DNA from: Harriotta raleighana
Taxonomy: Eukaryota
Reading direction: 5' to 3'
Assembly (NCBI GenBank): GCA_050575255.1
Contig: JBNZDD010013730.1
Coordinates: 2,559,907-2,623,906 of the forward strand
Length of the DNA: 64,000 nucleotides
In this document: positions 63,814 through 64,000 of the stretch, piece after piece
Position numbering within the stretch: position 1 is the stretch's first letter
How the letters are laid out: the number at the start of each line of letters is the position of its first letter
The notes under the pieces: generated by a model
What the model saw: only the letters and a program-made list of their open reading frames with translations
What the model was told of the DNA's origin: nothing
Database searches by the model: none
Translations under genes and position numbers: made by a program

Positions 63814-64000
63814 TGGGCGTCCTGTAGCCCAGTGGGTTAGAGCACTCGCCTTCCAAGCGTGAGACCTGTGTTCGAATCCAGGCAGGTCAGGGCGAAACCT
63901 TGGGCAAGCTTCCTTACTCCACACGTCTAATAATAATCCCTCAAAAAAAAAACACGCAATAATAAAAAAAAGCTGGTCATTTGGATCCGCGGCTGTTTGT
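63814..64000 (+). mobile_element. tRNA-derived SINE (runs off the window end)
   Basis: Head CCTGTAGCCCAGTGGGTTAGAGCACTCGCC and B box GTTCGAATCC. Confidence 0.85.

Overview
Vertebrate genomic DNA, inferred to be from a cartilaginous fish because of its tRNA/Deu-type SINEs, L2 and CR1 LINE fragments. It carries two + strand genes. (1) A complete ARHGAP29 (PARG1; F-BAR, C1 and RhoGAP domains): 22 coding exons from 5516 to 30425, about 1328 aa by my exon sum, preceded by a CpG-rich promoter at about 1.8-4.4 kb. (2) The first 14 coding exons of ABCA4 (42485-63790), which continues past the window. The gene order matches the human 1p22 locus. Introns are rich in one tRNA-derived SINE family and L2 3' fragments, and several single-N junctions flank duplicated sequence that is probably assembly artefact. 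The most notable observation is a ~440-bp element with Tigger/pogo-like terminal inverted repeats inside an ARHGAP29 intron that carries a diverged copy of the adjacent RhoGAP exon (apparent host-exon capture). Other notable items are a probable non-coding upstream ABCA4 exon with CRX/OTX-type motifs, a nested inverted SINE insertion, a recurrent chimeric SINE/L2-tail element, and a consensus splice donor held in a hairpin. Exon boundaries were read by eye from splice signals and frame continuity; repeat boundaries are approximate.
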